DNA of 64,000 nt from Octopus bimaculoides (taxonomy: Eukaryota): assembly GCF_001194135.2 (NCBI RefSeq), contig NC_069004.1, positions 34,191,553 through 34,255,552 on the forward strand, read 5' to 3'. Below the pieces are notes generated by a model. It had not been told where the DNA came from. It saw only the letters and a list, made by a program, of their open reading frames with translations, and ran no database searches. Numbering within the stretch: the stretch's first letter is position 1; every line of letters starts with the position of its first letter. Made by a program: the position numbers and the translations under genes. Positions 38,898 to 51,304 of the stretch are shown here, piece after piece.

Positions 38898-39259
38898 CCC
38901 TCCAGATATATGTGTGTGTGTGTGTGTAAAATTCCTAAACAAGGATATTATTGATAGTGAATTCGAAGTTTCGGCCAGTTAAACCATAATCTGGTGATGG
39001 CTTAGCTGGTCGAAACTTTGAAGTCACTATCAATAACATTCTTGCTAAAGAATAATAGATTTATACTCTACAAAATATAGACTAATCCAGTAGATTAATG
39101 TAAAATTGTTGTATTATAACTGAACATAAACACACACACATACAGGGTGGGGAGTAAGTCCCTACGCACGTTTCAACATTATGGTTGTTTGGAGCCCTGC
39201 AATTAGTGTTCCAAGTGTATAAAAATGCTGATCCGCAACGGATAATCAAGGAGGACTTT

Positions 39260-39615
39260 ATTGTATCAACTTACATAAAAGATCTCATCGACAAACGATC
39301 AGCACCTCCGATGAAAGAGGCTTTTTGGGATGCCACACAGCCAAATCTGAACTGAGAATTACCAGCATCGTTGAAACTCGACATATATAAGAAAAGAAGG
39401 TCCGAGTAAATCGGAAGTATTCTAGGAAGGCAAAAGTGATTTAGGAAATCCGCATATGAAACCATATTCCGCGAAGAGAAGACAATATTGATATTTAATG
39501 ATTGTAACTCTATCGCCAAGAAATTATATTATCAGTGACACCGCAAATGTTAAGGAAAAAGAAAGATCTTTGAATGTTTGATGAAGAGTTTTCTTCGAAA
39601 CGTCAGTATTCTTAA
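39260..39615 (+). mobile_element. PLE 3' remnant: GIY-YIG C-terminus plus degenerate hammerhead
   Basis: MKEAFWDATQPNLN* (39311-39355) resembles the GIY-YIG terminal motif KEAxWIxxLxPxLN. Downstream gaatgt-TTGATGA-agagttttcttc-GAAA-cgt-C-agtattc at 39572-39611. Confidence 0.5.
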
Positions 39616-40119
39616 TAATCCATGGTGTATGAAGTGGGAATTTACTAAATTTACTCTGTGTATACAAGCATCGTTGACCGATAACCTTCACGTTAAGGAA
39701 ATGGTGCGCTACTGAAATTAATCTAGCGGTAACCCGAATTTCCTCATCATAAAACGTATTTTTATTAACTTTCACATAACGTAATAAATGAGGAAAATAT
39801 TTGCATTACGGAACTCCACGTTACGGTAAGAAATTCCGTGAATCAATGTTTTCATATTGCGGGAAATGCCCCCATGTATGTATGTATGTATGTATGTATG
39901 TATTCCGTGCTTCTACTGTCATCGCTGCAGACAGTGTCATCTTAGCTCTTATCGTCAACACCATCATCATTATTATCGTCAGAATTATGATTATTATTCT
40001 CATCATTGTTCGTTTTGTTAATATTACTATTGAGAAATAATGGGAAATTTAACGTCAGAAAAAATGTTAAGTTTTGTAGCAATATTTACTTTTTCTCGAA
40101 CAGTTAGTGTGTGCATTTG

Positions 40120-40163
40120 TGTGTGTGCGTATGAATATATGGGCATGTATATATATATATATT

Positions 40164-40210
<47 letters not shown>

Positions 40211-40346
40211 CATGTACGTATGTATTTATATGTATGAATATATATATATATATGTATATATATATTTGTATATATATATTTGTATATATACATGTGTATA
40301 TATATGTGCGTATATATATACATATTAATGTTTATACATATGCTTG

Positions 40347-40378
<32 letters not shown>

Positions 40379-40560
40379 TATATTTGTGTATATATTTTAT
40401 ATAAATGTATATATATATTTGTATATATATATTCTTGTATGTATGTATATATATATTGTATGTATGTATGTATATATATATTTGTATGTATTTGTATATA
40501 TATATATATATATTTGTGCATATATATATATTTGTGTGTGTATATATATTTGCATATGTT
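40120..40560. repeat. Long degenerate TA/TG microsatellite tract
   Basis: Direct reading. Confidence 0.9.
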
Positions 40561-41261
40561 TCCTTCGAAGCATCTTTAAACTGCAATAATATCCAATCAC
40601 TTTTGGCTTTTTTTTTTTTTTGCTATTCGAATTTTTGATATTATATTTTGTATTAATTTTTTGATAATCAACAGAGCGGGATGAATAGAGGCGGGGGAAG
40701 ACGGGATAGCTTTGTATTCTAAAATATGTAAAGAACAATAATAATAACCATAGAGTGTAAAACAACAGTTGAGTTTTCTTGGTAGGGTCGGGGAAAGAAA
40801 CGACAGGAAGCAATAATATAAACTTCCGGGAAGAGAAGAAAACTATATTTTTTTGTAATTTTTTCATTTTTTTTCTTTTTGTGTGTGTACAGAATTAAAA
40901 TGTTTACATTATAATGTTTGGCAATCTTTGTTATAACATTGTCAGTTTTAATAATAATAGTAATAATATTAACAATAATAATAATGATAATTGTTATCTT
41001 CATTATCATCTTAACTATACTATTTACCTAATATTGGCACGTGACTATAAAGTTGTATATTTGGGCTAAAATCGATTAAATCGACCCTTAGTTAATTACC
41101 ATTGCTTTTTCTATCGATGCTGGAACGAGGAAAATTAAATCTAACTCCATCTTTGTTTTGCTTTTCGAATGTTTAAGGACAGTAACTCAGTTATATAAAA
41201 CATTTTGCATTCTCCACCGTGTTTTGAACGCCGTAGCCAGCAATATTAATAGCAATAAGTT

Positions 41262-41467
41262 TTTCAAATTTTGGCACACAACCAGCAATTTTAGGGGTAA
41301 TGGTTTAGTCGAGTACATCGATCCAATTGGTACTTATTTTATGGACCCCGAAAGGATAGAAGTTATAAACAACCTCGGCGGAATTTGAACTCAGAATGTA
41401 ATCACGGACGCAATGTCGCTAAGCATTTCGTCCAGCATCCTAACCATTCTGCCCGATTACCACCGTT
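41262..41467 (-). mobile_element. SINE family B
   Basis: aaattttggcacacaaccagc..cctcggcggaatttgaactcagaa..cattctgcc. Confidence 0.8.
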
Positions 41468-41498
41468 TTAACAATTTTGCCAGTTCGCTGCCTTTCAC

Positions 41499-41532
<34 letters not shown>

Positions 41533-41833
41533 TTTGAAATGTTCAGAGATGAATTTATACTAATTTTAAGATATGGTAATTCTTTTAATATATTTTATAG
41601 TCTAATGTTCAATTTCAGCGAAATGCTGCTTGGATTAGTGAGATTTCGTCCTGGGATTAATTGATAAAACAAGTCAAAAGTACTTGACAATTGTTTTTTT
41701 CTTTTTTCTTGTTTGTTTCCGAAAGATGAATTCATTCGATCTTGCCAGGAATCGAACTTGGGACGTTAATAAACGGAACTAAAATATGCAAGGCAGTTTA
41801 TCATTCACTCTATTGTGGCAATTCACAGTAGTA

Positions 41834-41868
<35 letters not shown>

Positions 41869-42092
41869 CTTAAATTTTGGCACAAGACCTGCAATTTGGT
41901 GGTGAGGGGGGGAAGGCAGAGTGGCTAGTCGATTACATCGACCCCAGTGCTCAACAGATACTTATTTCGTCGACTCCGAGAGGATGACAAGCAAAGTGGA
42001 CCTCGGCGGAATTTGAACTCAGAACAAGGACTGACGAAATGCTGATGAGCATTTTGCCCGGTGTGCTAACGATTCTGCTGGCTCACCGCCTC
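41869..42092 (-). mobile_element. SINE family B, flanked by (AAT)n on both sides
   Basis: gattacatcgaccccagtg..cctcggcggaatttgaactcagaac..gattctgctggctcaccgcc. Confidence 0.85.
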
Positions 42093-42829
42093 AATAATAA
42101 TAATAATAATAATGTCTCTATTGGGGAATAGTAATCGAAGGAGAAGAGAAACTGGATTTGTTTGCAATTACTCCGATAATTGTTTTGGTTACAGCCTGAA
42201 AGTTACCATATTTCTCGTCCCCTCCCCCATATCTATATATGATAATTCTGTATAGATATTGGCGGTTCTTTTATAAGTATATGATACTCACATTGAACGC
42301 CTGTAGAATATAATGTTTCCTTGATTCATCGAAGTCTTTGCACTGAACAAAATAGAAATTAGATGTCTAACCTGATTAAAAAAAATCACAAGGTTGTATC
42401 GATCCTGAAACCATCAAATCTTGGTTTCATTTGTATCAATTATATTGAACACTAGAATTGGGATTAATTTATATCTTGGTACACATCTTTAGATTTATAG
42501 ATCCGGATAGTTTATAATGAATTTTACAAAATCTCTGTATAATCTTCACAATATTCTTATCGGTTTGGAATGAGATTTGAAGTTAAAATCCACCATGGTG
42601 AGGATTTGGAAAAAAGCATGATGGGAATATTGTTAGGTATTAAGTACCCTATTTCTTTTTCTCTGCCTCTTCCTTCTCCATTTCTAACCTTATTTGGCTG
42701 TTCATCTTTTCCTTCGCTTTCTTAATAGTAACAAAGATTTCTCGAATACGCACCATGCCCTATATTTTTCATGCAGGGACGAAGTCTGTTTGTTAACAAG
42801 ACTGTATCACCCTTCGGATAAGTGACCTT

Positions 42830-43325
42830 GTCGAGCACAGGAGAAAACTTTGGTAACAGAAAGTGATGGAAAAATCTAGTATATCGTTCCCATTATTTGA
42901 ATGGAACCTGGAATAAAGAGTTGACTTCAATAGGGTTTGAACTCAAACTTTAAATATCCCTAACTAAATACCTGAAGGGATTTTGCTTGATACCCTAATG
43001 ATTCTGCCAATCTATCATCTGATAATCATTATTTCAGTCATAGACATTTGGTCACTAACTCAGGAGGGATTAGACAATAAAATCGAACCAGTGGCTGACT
43101 GTTGCATTATTTTAAAGAATTCCAGTTGATGGAAGGCAAAGTTTACTTTCAGAACATATGCCAACCCACTGTCCCGGTACTAAGTTTCAGGTTTTTTCAA
43201 TGAAATCAATCCTAGCACTTAACTGCTGATTTATTTTATCAATTCCCGAAAAGAAAAGTCGACCACGGTGAAATTTGAACTCAGAACGTAATGATTCAGA
43301 ATAATCTAACGACTCTACTAAACCA
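42830..43325 (-). mobile_element. Two diverged SINE family B copies in tandem
   Basis: Repeated tttgaactcaa/cagaacg and gattctgccaa/gactctactaa motifs. Confidence 0.6.
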
Positions 43326-43528
43326 TCGAATAAGAGTTGCTTCCGATATAGACAAGGTTTGTCATTTCGAGTGATGCATAATGAATCGGTTAATGCGCCC
43401 GAATGCATAACTGGTATTTTGAATAACAAAACGACTTTATCTCGTCTCGTAACTGTTCTGCTACCAATTGTTTACTTCATTGCTTTTTAAATAATCGAAC
43501 TCTCCACAGGTCAAGACGTATTGATGAA

Positions 43529-43569
<41 letters not shown>

Positions 43570-43644
43570 GATATTAAGTAAAAAAGGAAAAAAAAAGAGG
43601 AAGTAGATAACATTGGCTAAGGCTGGCGGACACGGTAGGAATGT

Positions 43645-44096
43645 CTGTGAGAAANNNNNNNNNNNNNNNNNNNNNNNNNNNNNNNNNNNNNNNNNNNNNN
43701 NNNNNNNNNNNNNNNNNNNNNNNNNNNNNNNNNNNNNNNNNNNNNNNNNNNNNNNNNNNNNNNNNNNNNNNNNNNNNNNNNNNNNNNNNNNNNNNNNNNN
43801 NNNNNNNNNNNNNNNNNNNNNNNNNNNNNNNNNNNNNNNNNNNNNNNNNNNNNNNNNNNNNNNNNNNNNNNNNNNNNNNNNNNNNNNNNNNNNNNNNNNN
43901 NNNNNNNNNNNNNNNNNNNNNNNNNNNNNNNNNNNNNNNNNNNNNNNNNNNNNNNNNNNNNNNNNNNNNNNNNNNNNNNNNNNNNNNNNNNNNNNNNNNN
44001 NNNNNNNNNNNNNNNNNNNNNNNNNNNNNNNNNNNNNNNNNNNNNNNNNNNNNNNNNNNNNNNNNNNNNNNNNNNNNNNNNNNNNNNNNNNNNNNN
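43645..44096. other. Assembly gap (N run)
   Basis: Run of N. Confidence 0.99.
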
Positions 44097-44429
44097 TGAT
44101 ATATATATCAAACATTGGCACAAAACGTTCATAAATATTTGAAGATAGAGTTTATAATTCTATTTTGAATGATATTGCCTCGCCCCATTGTCGTTCTTCC
44201 CCTCTGTTTTCGTCTCTCAGTATATAACTGGTACTCATTAATATCGAGCCTTGGAGGATGGGAGGCAACTGCTATGGTTTCCGTACTATCAGAACTCGGA
44301 AACTTTAAACACTGAATAAAACTTTAAGGAACCTAAAATTACTCAGGAAAAACACTCAGTCAGCTTGCTGTATCGCATCTGCCACTTCAGCATCCCCTAA
44401 TAATTAGGATAATATAGATTTATATAAAT

Positions 44430-45355
44430 TTAGTGGCCCCAAGGCCATGAATTTCAACGTGTAGATGTAGATGTGTGTGTGTGTGTTTGTGGGGGTGTTG
44501 TTGGTTAAATCGCCGAGTAGACTATAGGTACTTGCTTTTATAACTTTTTCAATGTTCTACAGACCCCCGGCCGGAGGCTTGAAAGGCAAAAAGGTAGACC
44601 TCGTTAGGATTTGATCTCAGAACGTTAACGAACACAACTAAATACACGCAAGGCATTTTGTCCGGCGCTCTATCAGTTCTGCTCATCCACCGCCGTTACT
44701 ACCGTGGACACAACAACAACAACAACACACGTAAAGGGATACAGGGATACAATGGGCGACGGTGTTGGATATAAAGTCGTCACTAACGTACTTTGCTGGT
44801 ACTTTATTTGATCGATCCCCAGGAGGGCGAAAGGCAAAGTTGACCACGGCAGGGTTCGAACTTATAAGTCAGATTAAAAAAAAAAAACAAACGAAAAAGA
44901 TAGATTAATGCCGCAGGATTTTCTTTTTTGTCCGATGCTCTACCGATTCTGCCAGTACTTTATAAATTGTATTAAAAACATTAGTAATAGTTATACTATA
45001 GTAGTAGTTGTAGTAGTAGAAACAGTAGTAATATTAGTAATAGTATTTTTCAGTAGTAATTAACGTAGTAACAGTTGTAATAATAATAATAATAATAATG
45101 ATAATAATAATTAATAATCATGGTTTCTGGTTTAGGCACAAGGCCAGGATTTTGAGGGAACGGGTGGGTAAGTCCATACCATCCACCCCCCAGTACATGA
45201 CTGGTACTTTATTTTCTCTACCACGGAGGAATGAAAGGCAAAGTAGACCTCGGCGGGATTTAAACACAGAACGAAGCTAGCCGAAAATAATAATAATAAT
45301 AATAATAACCGTGAGGTATTTTTTTCCGACGCTTTAAATTATTCTGTCAATCCAT
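44430..45355 (-). mobile_element. Cluster of three SINE family B copies separated by AAT/AAC/AGT microsatellites
   Basis: aaaggcaaa..gacctcg/gaccacgg recurs at about 44585, 44830 and 45235. Confidence 0.7.
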
Positions 45356-45560
45356 CACAATAATAATAATGATAATAATAATAATAAGTAATAGTAGTAG
45401 TAAAACCATTTACAAAATTTGAAGATAACACTGTTTTTGTTATATTTGTTGTTGTTGCTTTCTTTTAGTTTTTCTGTTCTTTATTATTACGGGGGGAGGG
45501 GGGATATTACTGGGTAGTGGTGGTGGGTATGGTAGGGGGAGCGAGGATGTAATAGTATGG

Positions 45561-45988
45561 CTACGTTTGCTGCCATCTATTGGTGAATACTAGCAACAAC
45601 AACAACAACATTACAGTTAATACTAAATGTCCGTTCATCGATCTGGCGGCGTGAGGTCTGTGCGCCGATGATGTGATTGCGTATTCTGAATGTCCACCGG
45701 CCAGTCTGGGCGTGGTGATCCGGGGCGTGGCGAATACCGGCCTGGAGTGCGACTCTGGGAGTCCCTTGTGATGCCGTGGTATGACGAACTCCACCGGAGT
45801 CGTGTGCAGGCGGGGTGGGATCGTGTGTAGAGTCCGTGCTCGGGCAGCATTCGTCGAGGAATGCGATGCGGATCGCTCTTTGTCATTCATTAGCAAAAAG
45901 CGCTCCACAACGTGAATGATGCCGTTCGAGGCCAGGATATTCGCTTTGATAATTCGGGCTTGGATTCCTTTCCAAACTAGGTAGGTGC
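45561..45988 (-). CDS. Terminal coding exon of a fasciclin (FAS1)-domain cell-surface protein
   Basis: Minus strand acceptor ttttctcttgcag|GC (phase 1), then an open frame (G)TYLVWKGIQARIIKANILASNGIIHVVERFLLMNDKERS...NGHLVLTVMLLLLLLVFTNRWQQT*. IIKANILASNGIIHVVERFL matches the FAS1 H2 motif. GC-rich against the flanks; 428 nt = 2 + 142 codons including the stop. Confidence 0.92.
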
Positions 45989-47326
45989 CTGCAAGAGAAA
46001 ATAGAAAACAAATGTAAGTGACCAGTATACTGTGTGTGTGAGAGAGAGGTGGTGCTGAAGAGTTCTTGGCTTTAAGAGTATCGCGGAAGGCCTGGTCGGA
46101 GGCCCAACCTTCCGAGTTCTTTTACAGGGCTTTGAAAAACTGAAGGGCCGCTGCAATAAATGTGTGAATCTGAGAGGGGAATGTGTTGAATAAAATCATA
46201 ATTAACTGATCCCCCTGTATTTTTTTAACACAAAGCCAGGAACTTTCAGCACCACCCTCCTCGTGTGTGTATGTATGTATGTATGTATGTATGTATGTAT
46301 GTATGTATGTATATATATTGTGTGAGTGTGACGTATGTGATACATAAAATTAATATAATCAGTCGTATGCAATATCTTACTACCCTATTCATATTAAGTG
46401 ACAGATATATATGCGTGTGTGTATTGTTCATATCATCCCTTATAATCACACACACACACACACACACACTACATATTTCATTGGAAATTTATTCTAAACT
46501 GTTTCGAGATATTCATTTATTCTTGCATTCCTTCATTCTTTCATTTACCATATGACATCCATTTTTTTTATTATTATTATTGCATCTCCAGCATTATAAG
46601 CCTTCGAACACATTACACGATATTATTTTTTTTATTCTTCTCAATCGGTTTCTTTATCCCCCCCCCCCGCTACCGCTATGTAAATAACCACCATCTAAAC
46701 CGTTGTGGTTGTGATGGAATTAATAAGATGCCAGTTTTATTAACGCTTCTTTTCATCGAGAAAAATTCGCAAGCTAGCGGAAGCACCGTGTCTATTTGAT
46801 ATCACTTCCGCTGCTGCGCTACAGCAGTGAGTAGTTCCACATTGTGGACACGCTCTATACGAGCGCTGTGCTTTATACAAACTATTGAGAGCCAAGCGCG
46901 TTTTGCCATTGGATGCATCGCTGATCTGGTGCAACAGGAAACAAACTGTACAAAATGTCTGCTGATTGCTGTATGTGCAATATTCTACTAAATCGATGTT
47001 CAGCTTTTGTTGTTGTTTTATTTTAACACCAGGTCAAATAAGATTCACCAGGATTTTTATAAAAGATACTGCAGCTGTTCCTGGCCAAATGATCATTTTA
47101 GGAGTTTTAAGGAGAGTATTATCAAGTGTCCTTTCTTTTTTATTAAACCGTAGAAGTAATTAGTGGAAGATTAAGTTTCTATTTCTAGCAGATACATCGA
47201 ATCGGTTGTTGAAATAACAACAAATAACAGAGAATGAATAGGATACACTGAGAGAGAATTGCTGTGAGAGCCGGTATCTCTCAAAAATACCTGTGAGAGA
47301 AGCAGGTGACACACACACGCACACGC

Positions 47327-47481
47327 AAGCGTGGCTGTGTGGTAAGAACCTTGCTTCCCAACGACATGATACGGGGTTCAGTATCACTGCATGGCACCTT
47401 GGGCAAGTGCCTTTCATTATAGCCTCTGACCGACCAAAGCTTTGTGAGTGGATTTGATAGACGGAAACTGAAAGAAGCTTG

Positions 47482-47512
<31 letters not shown>

Positions 47513-47650
47513 AGAGAAAGAGAGAGGTTCGGTAAAAGAGACCAATGGAAAAATTATCAAGCTTTAAAAACGTAGTGGGGTCGTTTCATTCAACTAAAAA
47601 TTATTCAAGGTAGTGTTCCAGCATGGCCGAAGTCTATTGACTGAAACTTA
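47327..47650 (+). mobile_element. SINE family C (intronic)
   Basis: gcgtggctgtgtggtaagaaccttgcttccc..ggcaccttgggcaagtg..agacggaaactgaaagaagc..ccagcatggccg. Confidence 0.85.
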
Positions 47651-48365
47651 TTAAGGATTAATATGTCCTTTTGCCACTCTCCCAGTGATTTTGCTCAGAC
47701 TTTCCTAGCCATCATCTAAATTCTCTTCAGCATCTCTCCTCAATGTCTCCCTAACATCTCTTTGTCATTCAATCTCTCTTTCCGATATTCCTTGATGCAA
47801 TTTTCTCTATCGCTCTCGCCTTATTTCTCTACTCCCATTTCAACGCATCTGCTCAGTTGTCTGCCATGATATTTGCTATGCTATGGTAAGATGCACCAAT
47901 CTACCACCTCTGTATTAAACATATATACTCGAATACACGATGCTAAAGCCTGAGGAATGCGGTTAGGCACACTCGTTGCAACAAATCTACCCGATGCACT
48001 TAAGTGCTCTCGGTGCTGTTAAGCCCTCAAAATGATATAAACTCGTTTACTGCACTCAGTCCACCAGAAACACCCAACTGCACCCGGCGCATTAATTCTA
48101 CGAGACGCCCATTTTGCTCGCTCTCTCACTCATCCTATATGTATGAAAGAATATGTATATGTATGTGTGTGTGTGAACAGGCACTCACACACATGTAAAG
48201 GGAAAAAAACAAGAAATGAGATTACCCAATGCTTAATGCAATGTGCTATTTACCATTTTATTGAAAGCTAAAATCGTTAAGTATCCCTGCTTACATGTTT
48301 CTCTTCTGACTGTACGGACCATGGTTGAGAATCAACACAGAGATTTCTGACGGACACACACACGC

Positions 48366-48396
<31 letters not shown>

Positions 48397-50009
48397 TACG
48401 CACACGCACACGCACGCGCACGCACACGCACACGCACACGCACACGCACACGCAGAGAGAGAGAGAGAGAGAAGGAATTAAAATGACTAAAGAATAAAAA
48501 AATTTGTTAGGGACTTAAAAAGCTTACTGTTGTTTCTGCTACAAGAGTCAATGCACTCATAACTATGAGTTCTGCTAAAGACTGCTAGGGCCTAATCCGA
48601 GCGACGTATTACACAGGTGCACACAATGTTTGCTTTCGGATGAATAGATTTTTGCTTGTGCGTGTGTGTGTGTGTAATATATATATATATATATATATAT
48701 AAATGATTTATAGGTGTGTGGTATTTCGTTATGCAAACATAATATACAATAAAGCATATTATTTTTATAATACGTTCTACTGCGTTAGCAATGCTAGGTT
48801 TTTCTGCGTGTATGTACGTATCAGCCATATCTATCTATCTTCGTACACATACCCACACACATTTAAACTGTTTCGTGTGTTTTAATAATGTTTGTGCACC
48901 ACGCTAATGGTTTCGGTTATTTTGAGAAAGTATTGGAGTAACGGATAACCAAACATTAGTAAACACGTGTTCATCGCAGTATTCTGTGCTATGATAACGG
49001 ATCAATTAACCGTGTCTAGCCAATTCGTGAATTGTTTAATTTTGATAAACCTCGATTCTGATCAATCCCTTGTAATCAAAACTATATATATACTTTTCTA
49101 TAACCTCACATAGAAATTAGATACTTCGGTTCCTATTATCCTGTGTTGACGAAAACTGAGTTTAACATATAACTTGATAAAGGCATATACCACAAACAAT
49201 TTTCCAAACCAATATACTAATTCACCAATTTGTTTCTAGTTCCATTATGGCTAAATGTATCCTGAAGCATTTAGTAGTACTTTTAAGACCATTCTTTCAT
49301 TTCTAAACTAAGTATAACCATTCTCTCTATAAATGAAAAAAAACAATTTAGCACTGCTTTCGTTTTATTGTATCTAATTAGGATGATTACATCCTATTTC
49401 TCTAACTCCAAGTTGACTAAACGACGTACCCAGATAATCTCTACCTGTAGACAGATATATTTAGAACCCCTTAACTTCTTTCCTTCTTAAAATTGCTATT
49501 CCCCAACAGTTAATTACAATATAACGGACATAATATTCAATCATTTAACACCGTCTGCGATTGGTCTAAGCTATATTATTAAATTATACACTCGCTACAT
49601 CCTGAAAAGCGTTAAAATTGCTCTTATATAATTGCTCGCTCTCTTACACACCACCCAATTGCCAAACCTTTATTTGTAATAACTAAATGCTTTAACCACG
49701 CGCAACATATATTCCTCTGCCAAGTTTAGGTTGTTTTAAGACATTACTGCTATTTACCATTCCTCCATTGATGCCGACCTACCAAACCTTTTATATCGCG
49801 TAATGTTTTCTGTTCCGAAAAATGATAAACCTGTTTATATCCTGTTTAATAATTTGCTAACACTCCCCATATGTCAATTTATATTCATCGTGAAAACGCT
49901 CCTGACTTTCTGAAGACTGTACAATTATATTTTGTTATTCGTTAGGTAATGTACTAAAAGTCGTGTGTGTGCGTATGTGTGTATCTATATATGTATGTTT
50001 GCGTGTACG

Positions 50010-50167
50010 TATTTTCTTGCTTGTTTCAATCATTGGACTGCAGCCATGATGGGGCGATGTCTTCAAAGGTTTCGTCGCAGAAATTGTCACTATTACATAT
50101 TTTTGAGTTTGGTATATATCGGTAACATTTGCCGAACCATTAAGTTACGAGGACAACATTAAATGGT

Positions 50168-50207
<40 letters not shown>

Positions 50208-50595
50208 GTGTGTTTGTGTTTGTGGGTGACTACATGTATATGTAGGTATATAGGTATGTGTATATGTGCATATATGTATATGTACGTATATACGTATGTG
50301 TATATATGCATATGTGTATGTATGTGTAAATATGTACGTATGTATATGTCTATATACATATGTGTGTGTATGTATATATGTATATGTATGCATATATATG
50401 TTTGTCTGTGTGTATATATATATATATATATAATATACGACAGCCTACCACACTGTCTCCACCTCCCAAATTCACTCAGAAGGAAGTGGTTGACCTGGGG
50501 CCATAGTAGAAGACCCTTGCCCCAGGCACCACGAAGTCATACTGAACTCGGCACGATGTGGTCGTGAAGTGAGCTCCTTAGCCACAGCGCTGTAC
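50010..50595 (-). mobile_element. SINE family C with an expanded internal microsatellite (intronic)
   Basis: Tail cttgtttcaatcattggactgcagccatg at about 50020; head aaattcactcagaagg..gtagaagacccttgccccaggcacc..ctccttagccacagc at 50435-50595. Confidence 0.75.
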
Positions 50596-51304
50596 TTATG
50601 ACGTGTGTATATTTGGGGATTGGAAGAGAGTCATATAAGTTAAATTCCGCTATATACCTTCCTCCCCCGTTACCCACTAAAATTTCTCCGAATACCATCC
50701 CTCCCCCACAGCATTTTTCGCCAACGTACCCGGCGACATTTACCATAAGCTTTTACCTCGTAAATCTTAATTTCTCTTTTGGTACCCGCGTATTTTCTGA
50801 TAAACACAAACTGAAGCCGAGTATGCAACTCCACGTATCAACAATCACAACTAAATGGCTTAAATTACCTATACTTGAAGCTTTTATGCTATTTTGGCAG
50901 CCGATGGTATATTTTCCCTCCAAGTACATCCTGTACTTTTAATGTCCTTAAATTATACATCCTTGAATCTGTAAGACTTGTTTAGTTCCATAAATCTCAA
51001 GAAATATATTTGCATCTCCCTAAAATATTTTTAGTAAGCCGAAACTGATAATCTTTTTACAATACTTAAAAATCTTTAAACGTTTCTAAGACCATTTTAA
51101 TCAAAGATTAAAACTTACATTTGGTCCGGAGCCCCTTATGGTCTGCTATAATTTACATTAATGCACGGATACTCGTATTTCATTTAATTATTTAAGTAAA
51201 TTTAATATACGTTTAATGTAGGGTGTTTCCACTAAGGTGACCACTTTTGGTTCAGAAAAAATCGGTATAGGTGCGGGCGTGGCTGTGTAGGAAGAAGCTT
51301 GCTT

